Below are positions 18,178 to 28,246 of a stretch of DNA of 53,251 bases, piece by piece. The position numbers and the translations under genes are program-made. The DNA is taken from NCBI GenBank assembly GCA_044234345.1, contig JBIIIW010000002.1, positions 1-53,251 of the forward strand, in the 5' to 3' direction. The first letter of the stretch is position 1; each line of letters opens with the position of its first letter. This DNA comes from Minisyncoccia bacterium (GTDB lineage: Bacteria; Patescibacteriota; Minisyncoccia; Phycocordibacterales; PALSA-1337). The notes under the pieces were generated by a model. That model did no database searches, had not been told where the DNA came from, and saw only the letters and a program-made list of their open reading frames with translations.

Positions 18178-20841
18178 ATGATTAAAAAATATATATTAAT
18201 TACGATACTACTGTTAATACCATCAACATTAAAAGCAGAGACGCATGTGTACTCAAGTGATGTAAAAGAAGATTGGGTGTGGAATAGCGAAGGTAGTCCA
18301 TATATCCTAAATGAGCCAATATATGTACCAAGCGGATACAGTCTCAAGATATTAGAAGGAGTGAGTATAGTATCAACAACAACCGAAGAAGATCCATACT
18401 CACTTACCATCGAAGGAGACTTTGAAGCTATTGGGACAAAAGATAGTCCTATAAAGTTTACAAATTTGTATTCAATATACTTAGTAAACAATAGCTCATA
18501 TATATCAAATGCAATATTTGAAGGTACTGGTATAGATTTCCATAATAGCACCAGCAGTGTGGAGATGGTGGAGATTAACAATGCATTCAATGCCATTACC
18601 GCAAGAGCAAGTAATATAGCTATAGCATCAACTACCTTGTTCCATAATACCTACGCTATATCATCATATATCTTTAATCCGATGCATATGATGTATAAGG
18701 ACTTGGATGTTGGTGGCCTGGGGAATGCCCTAGATACTACATATGGAATATCAGATGAGAATCAAAACATAATTAGTATACATAACTCTAGAATACTCGA
18801 GAGTATAAATACTGGAATATTGAATCAAACATTAAATGTAATTGATGCAAGGAACAACTGGTGGGGAAGTAAGGACGGACCTAATCAAAATGAGACAGTA
18901 GGTTTAGTCGATACCGAACCATGGAAGATAAATGATCCTGCAATAGATATTGTATGTTGCTCAAGTATTGTATTCATCCCAGGATTAGAGGCCAGTAGGT
19001 TGTATAGGGATGAAAAGGGGATACTTGGAACAAGTACCAATACACTATGGGAACCGAACATAAGTAAGGATATAGAAAAGCTATATATGAACAGTGAAGG
19101 AGTAAGTATTGATAAAACAATATACACAAAGGATATTATAGAAACCATCCCATTCGTTAAGAAGATATATAGTTCATTTGTAGACAAGATGAATGGTTTG
19201 GTTAACGATGGATATATAACACGTTGGATATCCATACCATATGACTGGAGAATGGATGTAAGAGATGTAGCTACAGACGAAGTGGTTAATAGGATAATTG
19301 ATCTAGCGTCAGACTCAAAGACAGGTAAGGTAAGCATAGTAGCGCATAGCAATGGCGGATTACTTACCAAAGTAATCGCAAACAAACTAGAGAAGATGAA
19401 TAGATCCGATGTACTAGATCAAATAATATTTGTCGCTGTACCTGAACTTGGAACACCACAAGCATTAATGAGTATGCTACATGGGTACAATCAATCAATA
19501 GCATTAGGAGCTATTATGGATCAAAACGGAGCAAGAAAACTATCTCAGAATATGCCAGGGGTCTATGGTCTCCTACCAAACGAGAGATACTTCAACCTTA
19601 ACCCAATTAAGATAATCAATGATACATTCAAGACCAATACCAGTATCTCAACACTTAGTGGAATGAAGGACTTCCTCTTGAACAACAGTTTTTCAAAATT
19701 ATTATCAAACAATATTAATGTCCCACTGACATTAAACTCAAAACTTCTTAGCAGAACAAATAATCTACACTCAGATATAGATAATTGGAAACCAGCAAGT
19801 ACCACTAAGACCACATCAATATTTGGTTGGGGTCTGCCAACTGGAAGTGGCATAACTTACGAGAAAGAACAGCATTGCACAAAGTCATGTGGTGTATCGT
19901 TTGTTCCTATACTAGATATATCTGGTGATGGTACGGTACTTACCAATAGTAATTCACTTAACTTAAGTTCAAGTAAATTCTTTAATATTAAGGATGTAAA
20001 GAGGGATAGGAGAGGGAATGTAAATCATGCAAATATTCTTGAGTCACAAGATCTCATATCAAAGATAGCTGATACACTAACTAATAGTAGTGGTGATAAA
20101 CCATACGATAAATACTTTTCGGATACAGAACCAGTTGATGATGATAAGTACCTAACAATTAAAATATATTCACCAGTAGATATAGATGTATATGATGCAG
20201 AAGGCAATCATACAGGACTCATCGAGAACTCACCTTACGGTCTTTCAGAGAGTGATATACCCGGTAGTTTCTACGGTGACTTTGGAAACATGAAGATGAT
20301 AATGGTTCCATATGATACTAATAGTAATATCATTCTAAATGGTAATGATACTGGTACTTTCGTTATCAAATCAGAAGTAACTCAAAACGGTAATGTACTT
20401 GCTTCGACCACGTTCTCAGAGCTACCAGTTATACCTAGTACCAATATAGAATTCGTATTGGGTAGTATTGATTCATTTGCATCTTCCACTTCTCTAAACA
20501 TTGATTCTGATGGAGATGGAACAGTTGATGTTATTGGACGTACTGATACATATCTAAAATCTACTTCAACAGAATTAATTAAAGATATATCAGGATATAT
20601 AGAATCAATACGTAAGATGATCATATCTCTTAAACTCAAGAAATCTGAAGAAAAGAGATATCTTGATAGATTAGACAACATTACTAGATTGATGGAGAAG
20701 AGAGGTATCAAAAAGACAGAAAAGGCTATTAAAAAGCTGATTAACAAGAGGCTTAAGGATAGTAGAATGGGGGATATACAGACCAAACGAGCCATTAAGG
20801 CTATAGATGGACTAATAGGGCATGTAGAGGATCTAAATTGA
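18178..20841 (+). CDS. Large secreted protein: beta-helix-like N-terminal region, alpha/beta-hydrolase (LCAT/PGAP1-like lipase), basic helical C-terminus
   Basis: The start is chosen at MIKKYILITILLLIPSTLKA, a textbook signal peptide; the longest ORF starts at 18145. The nucleophile-elbow motif is VSIVAHSNGG (GxSxG type). Confidence 0.75.
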   Translation: MIKKYILITILLLIPSTLKAETHVYSSDVKEDWVWNSEGSPYILNEPIYVPSGYSLKILEGVSIVSTTTEEDPYSLTIEGDFEAIGTKDSPIKFTNLYSIYLVNNSSYISNAIFEGTGIDFHNSTSSVEMVEINNAFNAITARASNIAIASTTLFHNTYAISSYIFNPMHMMYKDLDVGGLGNALDTTYGISDENQNIISIHNSRILESINTGILNQTLNVIDARNNWWGSKDGPNQNETVGLVDTEPWKINDPAIDIVCCSSIVFIPGLEASRLYRDEKGILGTSTNTLWEPNISKDIEKLYMNSEGVSIDKTIYTKDIIETIPFVKKIYSSFVDKMNGLVNDGYITRWISIPYDWRMDVRDVATDEVVNRIIDLASDSKTGKVSIVAHSNGGLLTKVIANKLEKMNRSDVLDQIIFVAVPELGTPQALMSMLHGYNQSIALGAIMDQNGARKLSQNMPGVYGLLPNERYFNLNPIKIINDTFKTNTSISTLSGMKDFLLNNSFSKLLSNNINVPLTLNSKLLSRTNNLHSDIDNWKPASTTKTTSIFGWGLPTGSGITYEKEQHCTKSCGVSFVPILDISGDGTVLTNSNSLNLSSSKFFNIKDVKRDRRGNVNHANILESQDLISKIADTLTNSSGDKPYDKYFSDTEPVDDDKYLTIKIYSPVDIDVYDAEGNHTGLIENSPYGLSESDIPGSFYGDFGNMKMIMVPYDTNSNIILNGNDTGTFVIKSEVTQNGNVLASTTFSELPVIPSTNIEFVLGSIDSFASSTSLNIDSDGDGTVDVIGRTDTYLKSTSTELIKDISGYIESIRKMIISLKLKKSEEKRYLDRLDNITRLMEKRGIKKTEKAIKKLINKRLKDSRMGDIQTKRAIKAIDGLIGHVEDLN

Positions 20842-20963
20842 CTATAACCCTATATTCTGTTAGATTGATTGCAATAAGGTCAGAGACAGAAGGCAAACAC
20901 TTAAGACCTTCCGAGATACTCTAATACCTTAAAAGGTCGTATTATCAAAATTAGTACATTTAT

Positions 20964-21455
20964 ATGGCAAGAACAAAAGTAGAGAAGAAAGAGATACTTG
21001 AAAAACTTGAAGGTATAGTTAAGGATGCACAGTCAATGGTCTTTGTTAACTTTCACGGATTGAATGTAGCTGATACTACACAAGTACGAAGAAAGCTTAA
21101 GGACGAAAAGGTAGGATTCTTTGTTTCAAAGAAATCACTTACTAAAAAAGTTCTTGATGGAAAGAAGTTCACAGGAACACTTCCAGAACTAGTAGGAGAG
21201 GTTGGACTTGCATACGGAGTAGATCTTATAGCACCTGCACGTGAGGTATATGAGTTCCAAAAGAAATACAAGGGTAACATCTCAATTCTAGGAGGAGTAT
21301 TCGAAGGTAAGTTTATGTCAAAGGAAGAAATGATGGCAATAGCTCTCATCCCTTCACAAAAAACTCTTCAAGCAATGTTCGTTAATGTTATCAACTCACC
21401 TATACAAGGGTTTGTTATGGCACTCGATCAAATCGCAAAGAAAAAGACAGTTTAG
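20964..21455 (+). CDS. rplJ: 50S ribosomal protein L10
   Basis: 163 aa with a typical L10 N-terminus, immediately upstream of rplL. Confidence 0.92.
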   Translation: MARTKVEKKEILEKLEGIVKDAQSMVFVNFHGLNVADTTQVRRKLKDEKVGFFVSKKSLTKKVLDGKKFTGTLPELVGEVGLAYGVDLIAPAREVYEFQKKYKGNISILGGVFEGKFMSKEEMMAIALIPSQKTLQAMFVNVINSPIQGFVMALDQIAKKKTV

Positions 21456-21486
21456 TTATATTATTATTTAAATTAAAATTATTACA

Positions 21487-21867
21487 ATGGAAGAATTACA
21501 AATCCCAGCAAAGTTTAAGTCAGTTGTTGAGACAATCGAAACAATGTCAGTTTTGGATCTTAACGAATTAGTAAAGCTTCTTGAGAAGAAGTTCGGAGTA
21601 TCAGCAGCAGCGGTAGCTACAGCAGCTCCAGTTGCAGCTGCAGCAGCAGACGAAAAGTCTACAGTTGCTCTACACCTAGCTTCAGCAGGTGAACAGAAGA
21701 TCGCAGTTATCAAGGTAGTTAAGGAAGCTCTAGCTCTAGGTCTAAAGGAAGCTAAGGACATGGTAGACGGAGCTCCAATCCTAGTTAAGGATGGAATGAA
21801 GAAGGAGGACGCAGATGCTCTAAAGAAGAAGATCGAAGAGGCTGGAGGAAAGGTAGAATATAAATAA
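21487..21867 (+). CDS. rplL: 50S ribosomal protein L7/L12
   Basis: 126 aa with an Ala-rich hinge and the C-terminal [26 protein letters not shown]...EEAGGKVE. Confidence 0.97.
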   Translation: MEELQIPAKFKSVVETIETMSVLDLNELVKLLEKKFGVSAAAVATAAPVAAAAADEKSTVALHLASAGEQKIAVIKVVKEALALGLKEAKDMVDGAPILVKDGMKKEDADALKKKIEEAGGKVEYK

Positions 21868-21878
21868 ATAGGTAATAC

Positions 21879-21918
21879 AAAAAACCACCCGATATCCTTG
21901 ATATTGGGTGGTTTTTTG
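21879..21918 (+). terminator. Rho-independent terminator
   Basis: AAAAAACCACCC...GGGTGGTTTTTTG, a long stem with a T run. Confidence 0.9.
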
Positions 21919-21933
21919 CTATTATGTATAACT

Positions 21934-22569
21934 ATGGAAATACTAGCAAAACTCTTCGGAAGTGAGACAAAGGTGAAATTTATGAGACTATTTCTGTTTG
22001 GTAATGATATGGCATATTCAGCCTCTGAGATAATGGAGAAGAGTAGAGCTAATAAGAAGGATACTAAGAAGGAGCTAGCAGGTCTAATGGCTGCGGGGAT
22101 AATAAAGAAGAAGATTATAACTAGAGATGTACACCAGAAGAAGGGTAAGAAGATTGTTCTAAAGAAGGTACAAGAAACTGGTTATGCATTAGATCAGAAG
22201 TTCCCTTATCTTCAGGCTCTAAAGAACCTATTAATCATGGTTAGTCTGCATGCTAATGATAGCTTAGTAAAGAAGTTTGCTAGTGTTGGAAGAATCAAAC
22301 TATTTATAGCATCAGGGGTATTTATACAAGAGTGGGATACTAGAGTAGATCTGCTAATAGTGGGGGACGATCTTAATCTAAGTAAACTGGACACAGTGAT
22401 GAAGACAATAGAGGCTGAGGTTGGAAAGGAGATAGTATACTCTGCATTTGAGACTAGTGATTTTGAATATAGATATGGAATGCACGATAGATTGATACGA
22501 GACATACTTGACCTACCTCATACAGCTCTTGTGGATAAGCTAGGGATTGAGGAAAATAAAATGCTATAA
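21934..22569 (+). CDS. Hypothetical protein with an N-terminal winged-helix-like domain
   Basis: The track ORF starts at 21898, inside the terminator. The ATG at 21934 lies 8 nt after the extended -10 TGCTATTAT (21917-21925). Confidence 0.6.
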   Translation: MEILAKLFGSETKVKFMRLFLFGNDMAYSASEIMEKSRANKKDTKKELAGLMAAGIIKKKIITRDVHQKKGKKIVLKKVQETGYALDQKFPYLQALKNLLIMVSLHANDSLVKKFASVGRIKLFIASGVFIQEWDTRVDLLIVGDDLNLSKLDTVMKTIEAEVGKEIVYSAFETSDFEYRYGMHDRLIRDILDLPHTALVDKLGIEENKML

Positions 22570-22610
22570 TATAAGGTATTAGTAATAATTAATAGCTTAT
22601 AATATATTAT

Positions 22611-23303
22611 ATGAATTTTGTAGAAAACTGGAGTGGAGTATTCACTCAATCATTGCAAGGTATTTGGTTCGGAGTAGTTAGTTTTGTTCCTAACTTAATA
22701 ATTGCAGTAATAATATTCGCAATTGGTTGGATACTTGCTTCTCTTATCGAAAAGCTAGTAGAAGGTATCTTCAAGTCATTTAAGGTAGACAGTCTTCTAA
22801 AGACAGCTGGTCTTGAGGATGTAGTTGAGAGATCAGGACACAAGCTTAATTCAGGACGTTTCATCGGTGCACTTATCAAGTGGTTTGTAATCGTAGTATT
22901 CTTGATTGCATCATTTGATATCCTAGGTCTAACAGAAGTTAACCTATTCTTGAAGGATGTAGTTCTATCATACCTTCCACAAGTTATTATCTCAGTTCTA
23001 GTACTTATGGTTTCAGTTGTTATCGCTGATACTGTACAGAAACTGGTTGTTGCATCAGCAAGAGCTGCTCATGTTAAATCAGCTTCACTACTAGGAGCAA
23101 TTGCAAAGTGGTCTATCTGGATCTTTGCTCTACTTACAGCACTATTCCACCTAGGTATCGCTCCAGCACTTATCCAGACATTGTTCATGGGTATCGTAGT
23201 TGCAGCAGCACTAGCTACAGGACTTTCATTTGGTCTTGGAGGAAAGGAAGTTGCAGGAAGAATGCTTGAGAAATTGATACACACAGTATCTGATAAGGAG
23301 TAA
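22611..23303 (+). CDS. Conserved-TM-helix repeat membrane protein, mechanosensitive-channel-related
   Basis: 230 aa with repeated amphipathic/TM units (VPNLIIAVIIFAIGWILASLIEKLV...). TATAAT lies 7 nt before the ATG. Confidence 0.6.
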   Translation: MNFVENWSGVFTQSLQGIWFGVVSFVPNLIIAVIIFAIGWILASLIEKLVEGIFKSFKVDSLLKTAGLEDVVERSGHKLNSGRFIGALIKWFVIVVFLIASFDILGLTEVNLFLKDVVLSYLPQVIISVLVLMVSVVIADTVQKLVVASARAAHVKSASLLGAIAKWSIWIFALLTALFHLGIAPALIQTLFMGIVVAAALATGLSFGLGGKEVAGRMLEKLIHTVSDKE

Positions 23304-23321
23304 TACTTTATACAGATTTTT

Positions 23322-23355
23322 AAAGAAAAACACATCGAAAGATGTGTTTTTCTTT
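23322..23355 (+). terminator. Rho-independent terminator
   Basis: AAAGAAAAACACATC-GAAA-GATGTGTTTTTCTTT, a perfect 15-bp stem. Confidence 0.9.
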
Positions 23356-23363
23356 ATCACCTA

Positions 23364-23392
23364 TTGACTTCTTTTACGCCTTCGTATACACT
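23364..23392 (+). promoter_or_regulatory. 23S-5S promoter TTGACT-N17-TACACT
   Basis: It has the same -35 hexamer as the 16S promoter. A boxA-like TGCTTTTTAAGTA lies further downstream in the leader. Confidence 0.5.
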
Positions 23393-24200
23393 ATCCCTTA
23401 CACAGAAATATGTTAAGAAATCACATTAAACGGCCATAACTCACATTGCTTTTTAAGTAGTGTAAGCACTGGCCGCGAAAGCGGTTTTTTGTAACAACAG
23501 AACGACTGACACATTGAAAATTGAATACTCAAACAGTCTCAACAATCAGGAGGCTGTTTGGGAAAAAGGTAATACTGCGAAATGTATATATTAAAAAAGG
23601 GTTTTTTCGAATATATACACGTAACAGTATGTTGTAGTTGTAGACAAATAATTGTGGTTTTTAGATTTCCTAATGGGAAATTTAAGAGTATATGGTGGAT
23701 GCCTAGGCTTATAAGAAGCGATGAAGGACGTGGCTTGGCGACGATATGTTTCGGGGAGGTGCCTAGCAACCTTTGATCCGAAAATTTCCGAATGAGGAAA
23801 CTCTCTGACTTCGAGTCAGAATTAACATGCTTGACATGTTAATGCACACCCAGGGAAGTAAAACATTTCAGTACCTGGAGGAATAGAAACTAAATAAGAA
23901 TTTCGTAAGTAGCGGCGAGCGAAAGCGGAAGAGCCCAAACTCAACCTTTATCGTATTATGGGACGTAAGTCTTGTAATGCGATAAAGGTTGGGGGTAGTA
24001 AGGCAGAGACGTTCCATTTATGGAAGAGAAGTTACAAAATTTTTTGATAGAAGAATAGACTGGAAAGTCTAGCCCCAGAAGGTGATAGCCCTGTAGTCGA
24101 AATCAAAAAGTCTTCTTTGTTTCTGTTCTTGAGTACCTCGAGACACGAATAGCTCGGGGGAATCTGCCGGAACTAACCGGTAAGGCTAAATATTCTATAA

Positions 24201-24240
<40 letters not shown>

Positions 24241-24813
24241 CAGCCCGGTGAGGGCGATGAAATAGACCTGAAACCATATATTTACAAGGAGTAGAAGAGG
24301 TAGCAATACCTCGACTGCGTGCCTATTGAAGAATGAGCCAACGAGTTGAAGCATGCTGCAGGCTAAGCGCGAGAGCGTGGAGCCACAGGGAAACCGAGTG
24401 TGAATAGCGCGTTCGTAGTATGCATCAGACCCGAAGCCAGATGAGCTTGCCTTGAGCAGGTTGAAGTGATTCGAAAGAATTATGGAGGACCGAACGCTAA
24501 AGTTGTGCAATTCTTTGCGATGACTTGAGGTAAGGAGTGATAAGCTAATCGAATCTGGTAATAGCTGGTTCTCTCCGAAATAGCTTTTGGGCTAGCGTTG
24601 AATGTACCCCTCTGGGGTAGAGCACTGGAAGGTCTTGACAGGTCGCAAGATCACAAGACCTATCAAACTCCGAATACAGAGGATTAATTATTCAGCAGTT
24701 AGACGGTGGGGGCTAAGCTCCATGCGTCAAAAAGGAAACAGCCTAGATCTCCATTTAAGGTCCCTAAATCTATGTTAAGTACACTTAAGGTGGTTGAATT
24801 TCTCAAACAATGA

Positions 24814-24845
<32 letters not shown>

Positions 24846-25661
24846 GAAAGCGTAACAGCTCACTCATCGAGAGATTCTGCGCCGCAGATAATCGGGGTTA
24901 AACATAGTACCGAAACTGAGGATTGTATTTTATTTCGATAATTTACAGTGGTAGGAGAGTATTCCAATCTGCGTTGAAGGCAAAGGCGTGAGCCATGCTG
25001 GAGCGTTTGGAAGTAAGAATGTTGGCACAAGTAACCACAATGCGGGTGAGAATCCCGCACGCCGAAAGAACAAGGTTTCCTTGGCTATGAAAATCAGCCA
25101 AGGGTTAGTCGGGCCTAAGGGGATGGTGAAAACCGCACCCGATGGACACATGGTTAATATTCCATGACTTTTATATAGAGTGACGGAGGGACGAAGGGTA
25201 GTATATGACGCTCGTTATTGGATTTGAGTGCATGCTGTAGGGGATTCACCTAGGAAAATCCGGGTGGTGTCTTTAATGACAATTCCGAGCAGAGTGCAAA
25301 CGTGAGGGTTCGCCCTTGCGGATGTTATAAAGCACGCTTCCGAGAAAATCTTCTAAACTTATCTATATAGGAACCGTACCGCAAACCGACACAGGTGTTC
25401 AGGTCGAGTAGACCAAGGCGAACGAGTGAGAGGTCTCCAAGGAACTCGGCAAAAAATCAGCCGTAACTTCGGAATAAGGCTTGCCCTTTGTTAACTCAAG
25501 GGGCCGCAGCTAAAGTATCTCTGGCAACTGTTTATCAAAAACACAGCTCCCTGCGAACTCGTAAGAGGATGTATAGGGGGTGACACTTGACCAATGCCAG
25601 AAGGTCAAATATCGACGTTGTGAGAGTCGCAAGATTTTCATGGTGATTGATATAAGCCCTG

Positions 25662-25696
<35 letters not shown>

Positions 25697-25914
25697 TCTC
25701 GATTCATCTTTGATGAGTCGAGAAGGACTAGGACTGTTATATAGCAAAAGTGGACGTCAAGATAAACTAGATTAAAACATTACATAAACAAGCTACCTAC
25801 AATTAAGTAATTAATTGTTGAGTCCATGTGGGTAAATAGAGACCAACCCCACGCATCCGATCTCCGTAAGGTGAGGATGAAGATAGAGTCCTACTGTGCT
25901 TAAAGGAATAGTAG
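25697..25914 (+). other. 218-nt intervening sequence in 23S, after the U equivalent to E. coli U1931
   Basis: The exon junction restores CCTAAGGT|AGCGAAATTCC. The insert starts after U and ends in G, has long-range pairing (TAGGACT 25732-25738 with AGTCCTA 25889-25895), and contains no ORF. Confidence 0.8.
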
Positions 25915-26577
25915 AGCGAAATTCCTTGTCGGGTAAGTTCCGACGCGCACGAATAGTGTAATGTCTGGAGAACTGTCTCGGAGACTTGCTCGGTGAAAAT
26001 ACAATATCGGTGAAGATGCCGATTACCCACAGTTAGACGAAAAGACCCTAGAAGCTTTACTGCAACTTGATTTTGATTATATGTTTTTTATGCGTAGCGT
26101 AGATGGGAGGAATTGATGCGTTGTTTTCGGGTGACGTTGATCCGCAAGTGAAATACCATTCTTAAAAAATATATACTCTAACCTCGACGGCAAAAACGAC
26201 GAGAGACAGAATCTGGCGGGCAGTTTTAGTGGGGCGCTATCCTCCTAAAAAGTAACGGAGGAGTTTATTAAGGTCAGCTAGGCGCGAATGGAAACCGTGC
26301 CGATAGTGTATAGGCATAAGCTGGCTTGACTGTAAGACGTACTTGTCGAACAGATGCGAAAGCAGAACTAAGTGAACCGACCTTACGCATTAGACGCGGG
26401 GGAAGATTATCGGATAAAAGCTACTCTAGGGATAACAGGCTGGTTGCGCCTAAGCGTTCATAGCGACGGCGCAGTTCGGCACCTCGATGTCGGCTCAACT
26501 TATCCTGGAGGTGGAGAAGCTTCCAAGGGTTTGGCTGTTCGCCAATTAAAAAGTTACGCGAGCTGGGTTCAGACCGT

Positions 26578-26888
26578 TCAGAAGTTGAACGTGTCATAAA
26601 ATATTATGATTTCGACTGTTGAACAGTCTGAATCACTTCGAGTTTTTCGTTTAAGAAAAGTATAAAGTAACATTTATACAAAATAAAAGTATAGGAAGTA
26701 GATCAATCAAACACGGCGGTCCTCTACAGTAATGTAGATGTGATCAAGTTAACTAGTATCGGTGGAATCCATGAAAAAGGGATAATACCGAGGGAAATCG
26801 AAAGATACCCGTAGAGACTAAACGTTAACACTCCACAATGTGTGGAATAAGCTATAGTCCATTGCAATAAGTAATTATTGATAACATG
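26578..26888 (+). other. 311-nt intervening sequence in 23S, after the U equivalent to E. coli U2593
   Basis: The exon junction restores GGGTTCAGACCGT|CGTGAGACAGGT. The insert ends in G and contains several hairpins, including a GTAA tetraloop. There is no ORF. Confidence 0.8.
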
Positions 26889-27280
26889 CGTGAGACAGGT
26901 TGGTCTCCTATCTACTGTGGGCGTTGATTCTTGAGGGGATTTGTTTTTAGTACGAGAGGACCGAAATGAACGAACCTCTGGTGTGACTGCTGTTCTGCCA
27001 AGAGCATCGCAGTGTAGCTATGTTCGGAATGGATAACTTCTGAAAGCATCTAAGAAGGAAGCCAACCCCAAGATTAGGAATCGTTTGAGACCCGTAAGAG
27101 ATGATTACGTTGATAGGCTTTAGGTGTACGCACAGCAATGTGTTGAGCCGAGAAGTACTAATCCGTCGATCCTATTAGGAAATTTAAGAACCACAATTAC
27201 TTGTCTATAACAAATACAACAATATTATCTGAAAATTTTGCAAAAGCAGAAGTTTTTGCATACACAATTGAATTTTTTGT

Positions 27281-27389
27281 TCTGGTGATTTGGCGCTGTG
27301 GAAACACCCGTTCCCATTCCGAACACGGAAGTGAAACGCAGTTGCGGCGATGATACTCATATGAAGGGGAAAGTAGCTAGTCGCCAGTA
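27281..27389 (+). rRNA. rrf: 5S rRNA
   Basis: CCGAACACGGAAGTGAAACGC...GCGGCGATGATA core. The terminal helix pairs CTGGTGA with TCGCCAG. Confidence 0.9.
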
Positions 27390-27414
27390 CAAAGTATTCA
27401 ATTAAAATGATTAA

Positions 27415-27440
27415 AACAGATACATTTATCTGGTTTTTTG
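27415..27440 (+). terminator. Terminator of the 23S-5S unit
   Basis: CAGATA-CATT-TATCTG hairpin followed by GTTTTTTG. Confidence 0.55.
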
Positions 27441-27453
27441 CTATAATACACTT

Positions 27454-28245
27454 ATGGCATCATGGTCAGCTAAAAGAAAATTGAGTTATGCATCAATAGT
27501 TTTTGGTGTAATTTTAATATTTATAATCATCCCCTCCTTCTATTTCTTCTACAAGGCACCTACATGTTTCGATAATATTATGAATGGAGACGAGACTGGA
27601 ACTGATTGTGGTGGATCCTGTGCAAGATTGTGTCAGAGTGCATTCCTCCCACCAAGAATTGAGTGGGGAGGAGCAAAGATTGAGAAGCTTGCAGATGGAC
27701 TATATAACGCAGCATCATATATTGTTAACCCAAATATAAACGGAGGAGCAGTAGATGTGCCGTATAAGATATCGCTATACGACTCAGAGGGAATATTAAT
27801 AACAGAAAAGAATGGAACAGTTAACCTGTATCCAGGTAGAAACTCATTAGCATTCCAGACAGCAATAAAGACATATAAAAGAATACCTACCAAAGCAACA
27901 TTTGAATTTCTGAAATCACCAGTATGGTTTAAATCAACTGACAGACTTGGTGGAATATTTGTGGTAGACAAGAAGTACAATGAAGATCAAAATGGATCAT
28001 CACTAGAAGTGACACTGGAGAACAAAAATCTAACTACATACAATAATATAAATGTGTCCGTTGTTCTCTCTGATATAGATGGTAATGTAATTGGTTTTTC
28101 TCAAACAAGAGTGGACTCAGTAGGAGTAAAGGGAGTAAATGAAAACTATAGGGAAGTAGCTCCATTTACATGGCCGATAAGTAGAGATGGTAAAGTTACC
28201 TCAATAGAAGTAATGCCTCTCATTAGACCTGTACTCGTTCAATAG
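27454..28245 (+). CDS. Hypothetical membrane-anchored protein with a Cys-rich motif
   Basis: 263 aa with an N-terminal TM helix, then CFDNIMNGDETGTDCGGSCARLC. The extended -10 TGCTATAAT ends 6 nt before the ATG. Confidence 0.65.
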   Translation: MASWSAKRKLSYASIVFGVILIFIIIPSFYFFYKAPTCFDNIMNGDETGTDCGGSCARLCQSAFLPPRIEWGGAKIEKLADGLYNAASYIVNPNINGGAVDVPYKISLYDSEGILITEKNGTVNLYPGRNSLAFQTAIKTYKRIPTKATFEFLKSPVWFKSTDRLGGIFVVDKKYNEDQNGSSLEVTLENKNLTTYNNINVSVVLSDIDGNVIGFSQTRVDSVGVKGVNENYREVAPFTWPISRDGKVTSIEVMPLIRPVLVQ

Positions 28246-28246
28246 C

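Noticed and set aside
20850-20963. An L10 (rplJ) autoregulatory leader as a distinct annotated feature.
   Set aside because: Some hairpins are visible (AAGGTC...GACCTT), but I cannot match them to the known leader structure by eye. It is mentioned only as a possibility under the rpsF leader finding.
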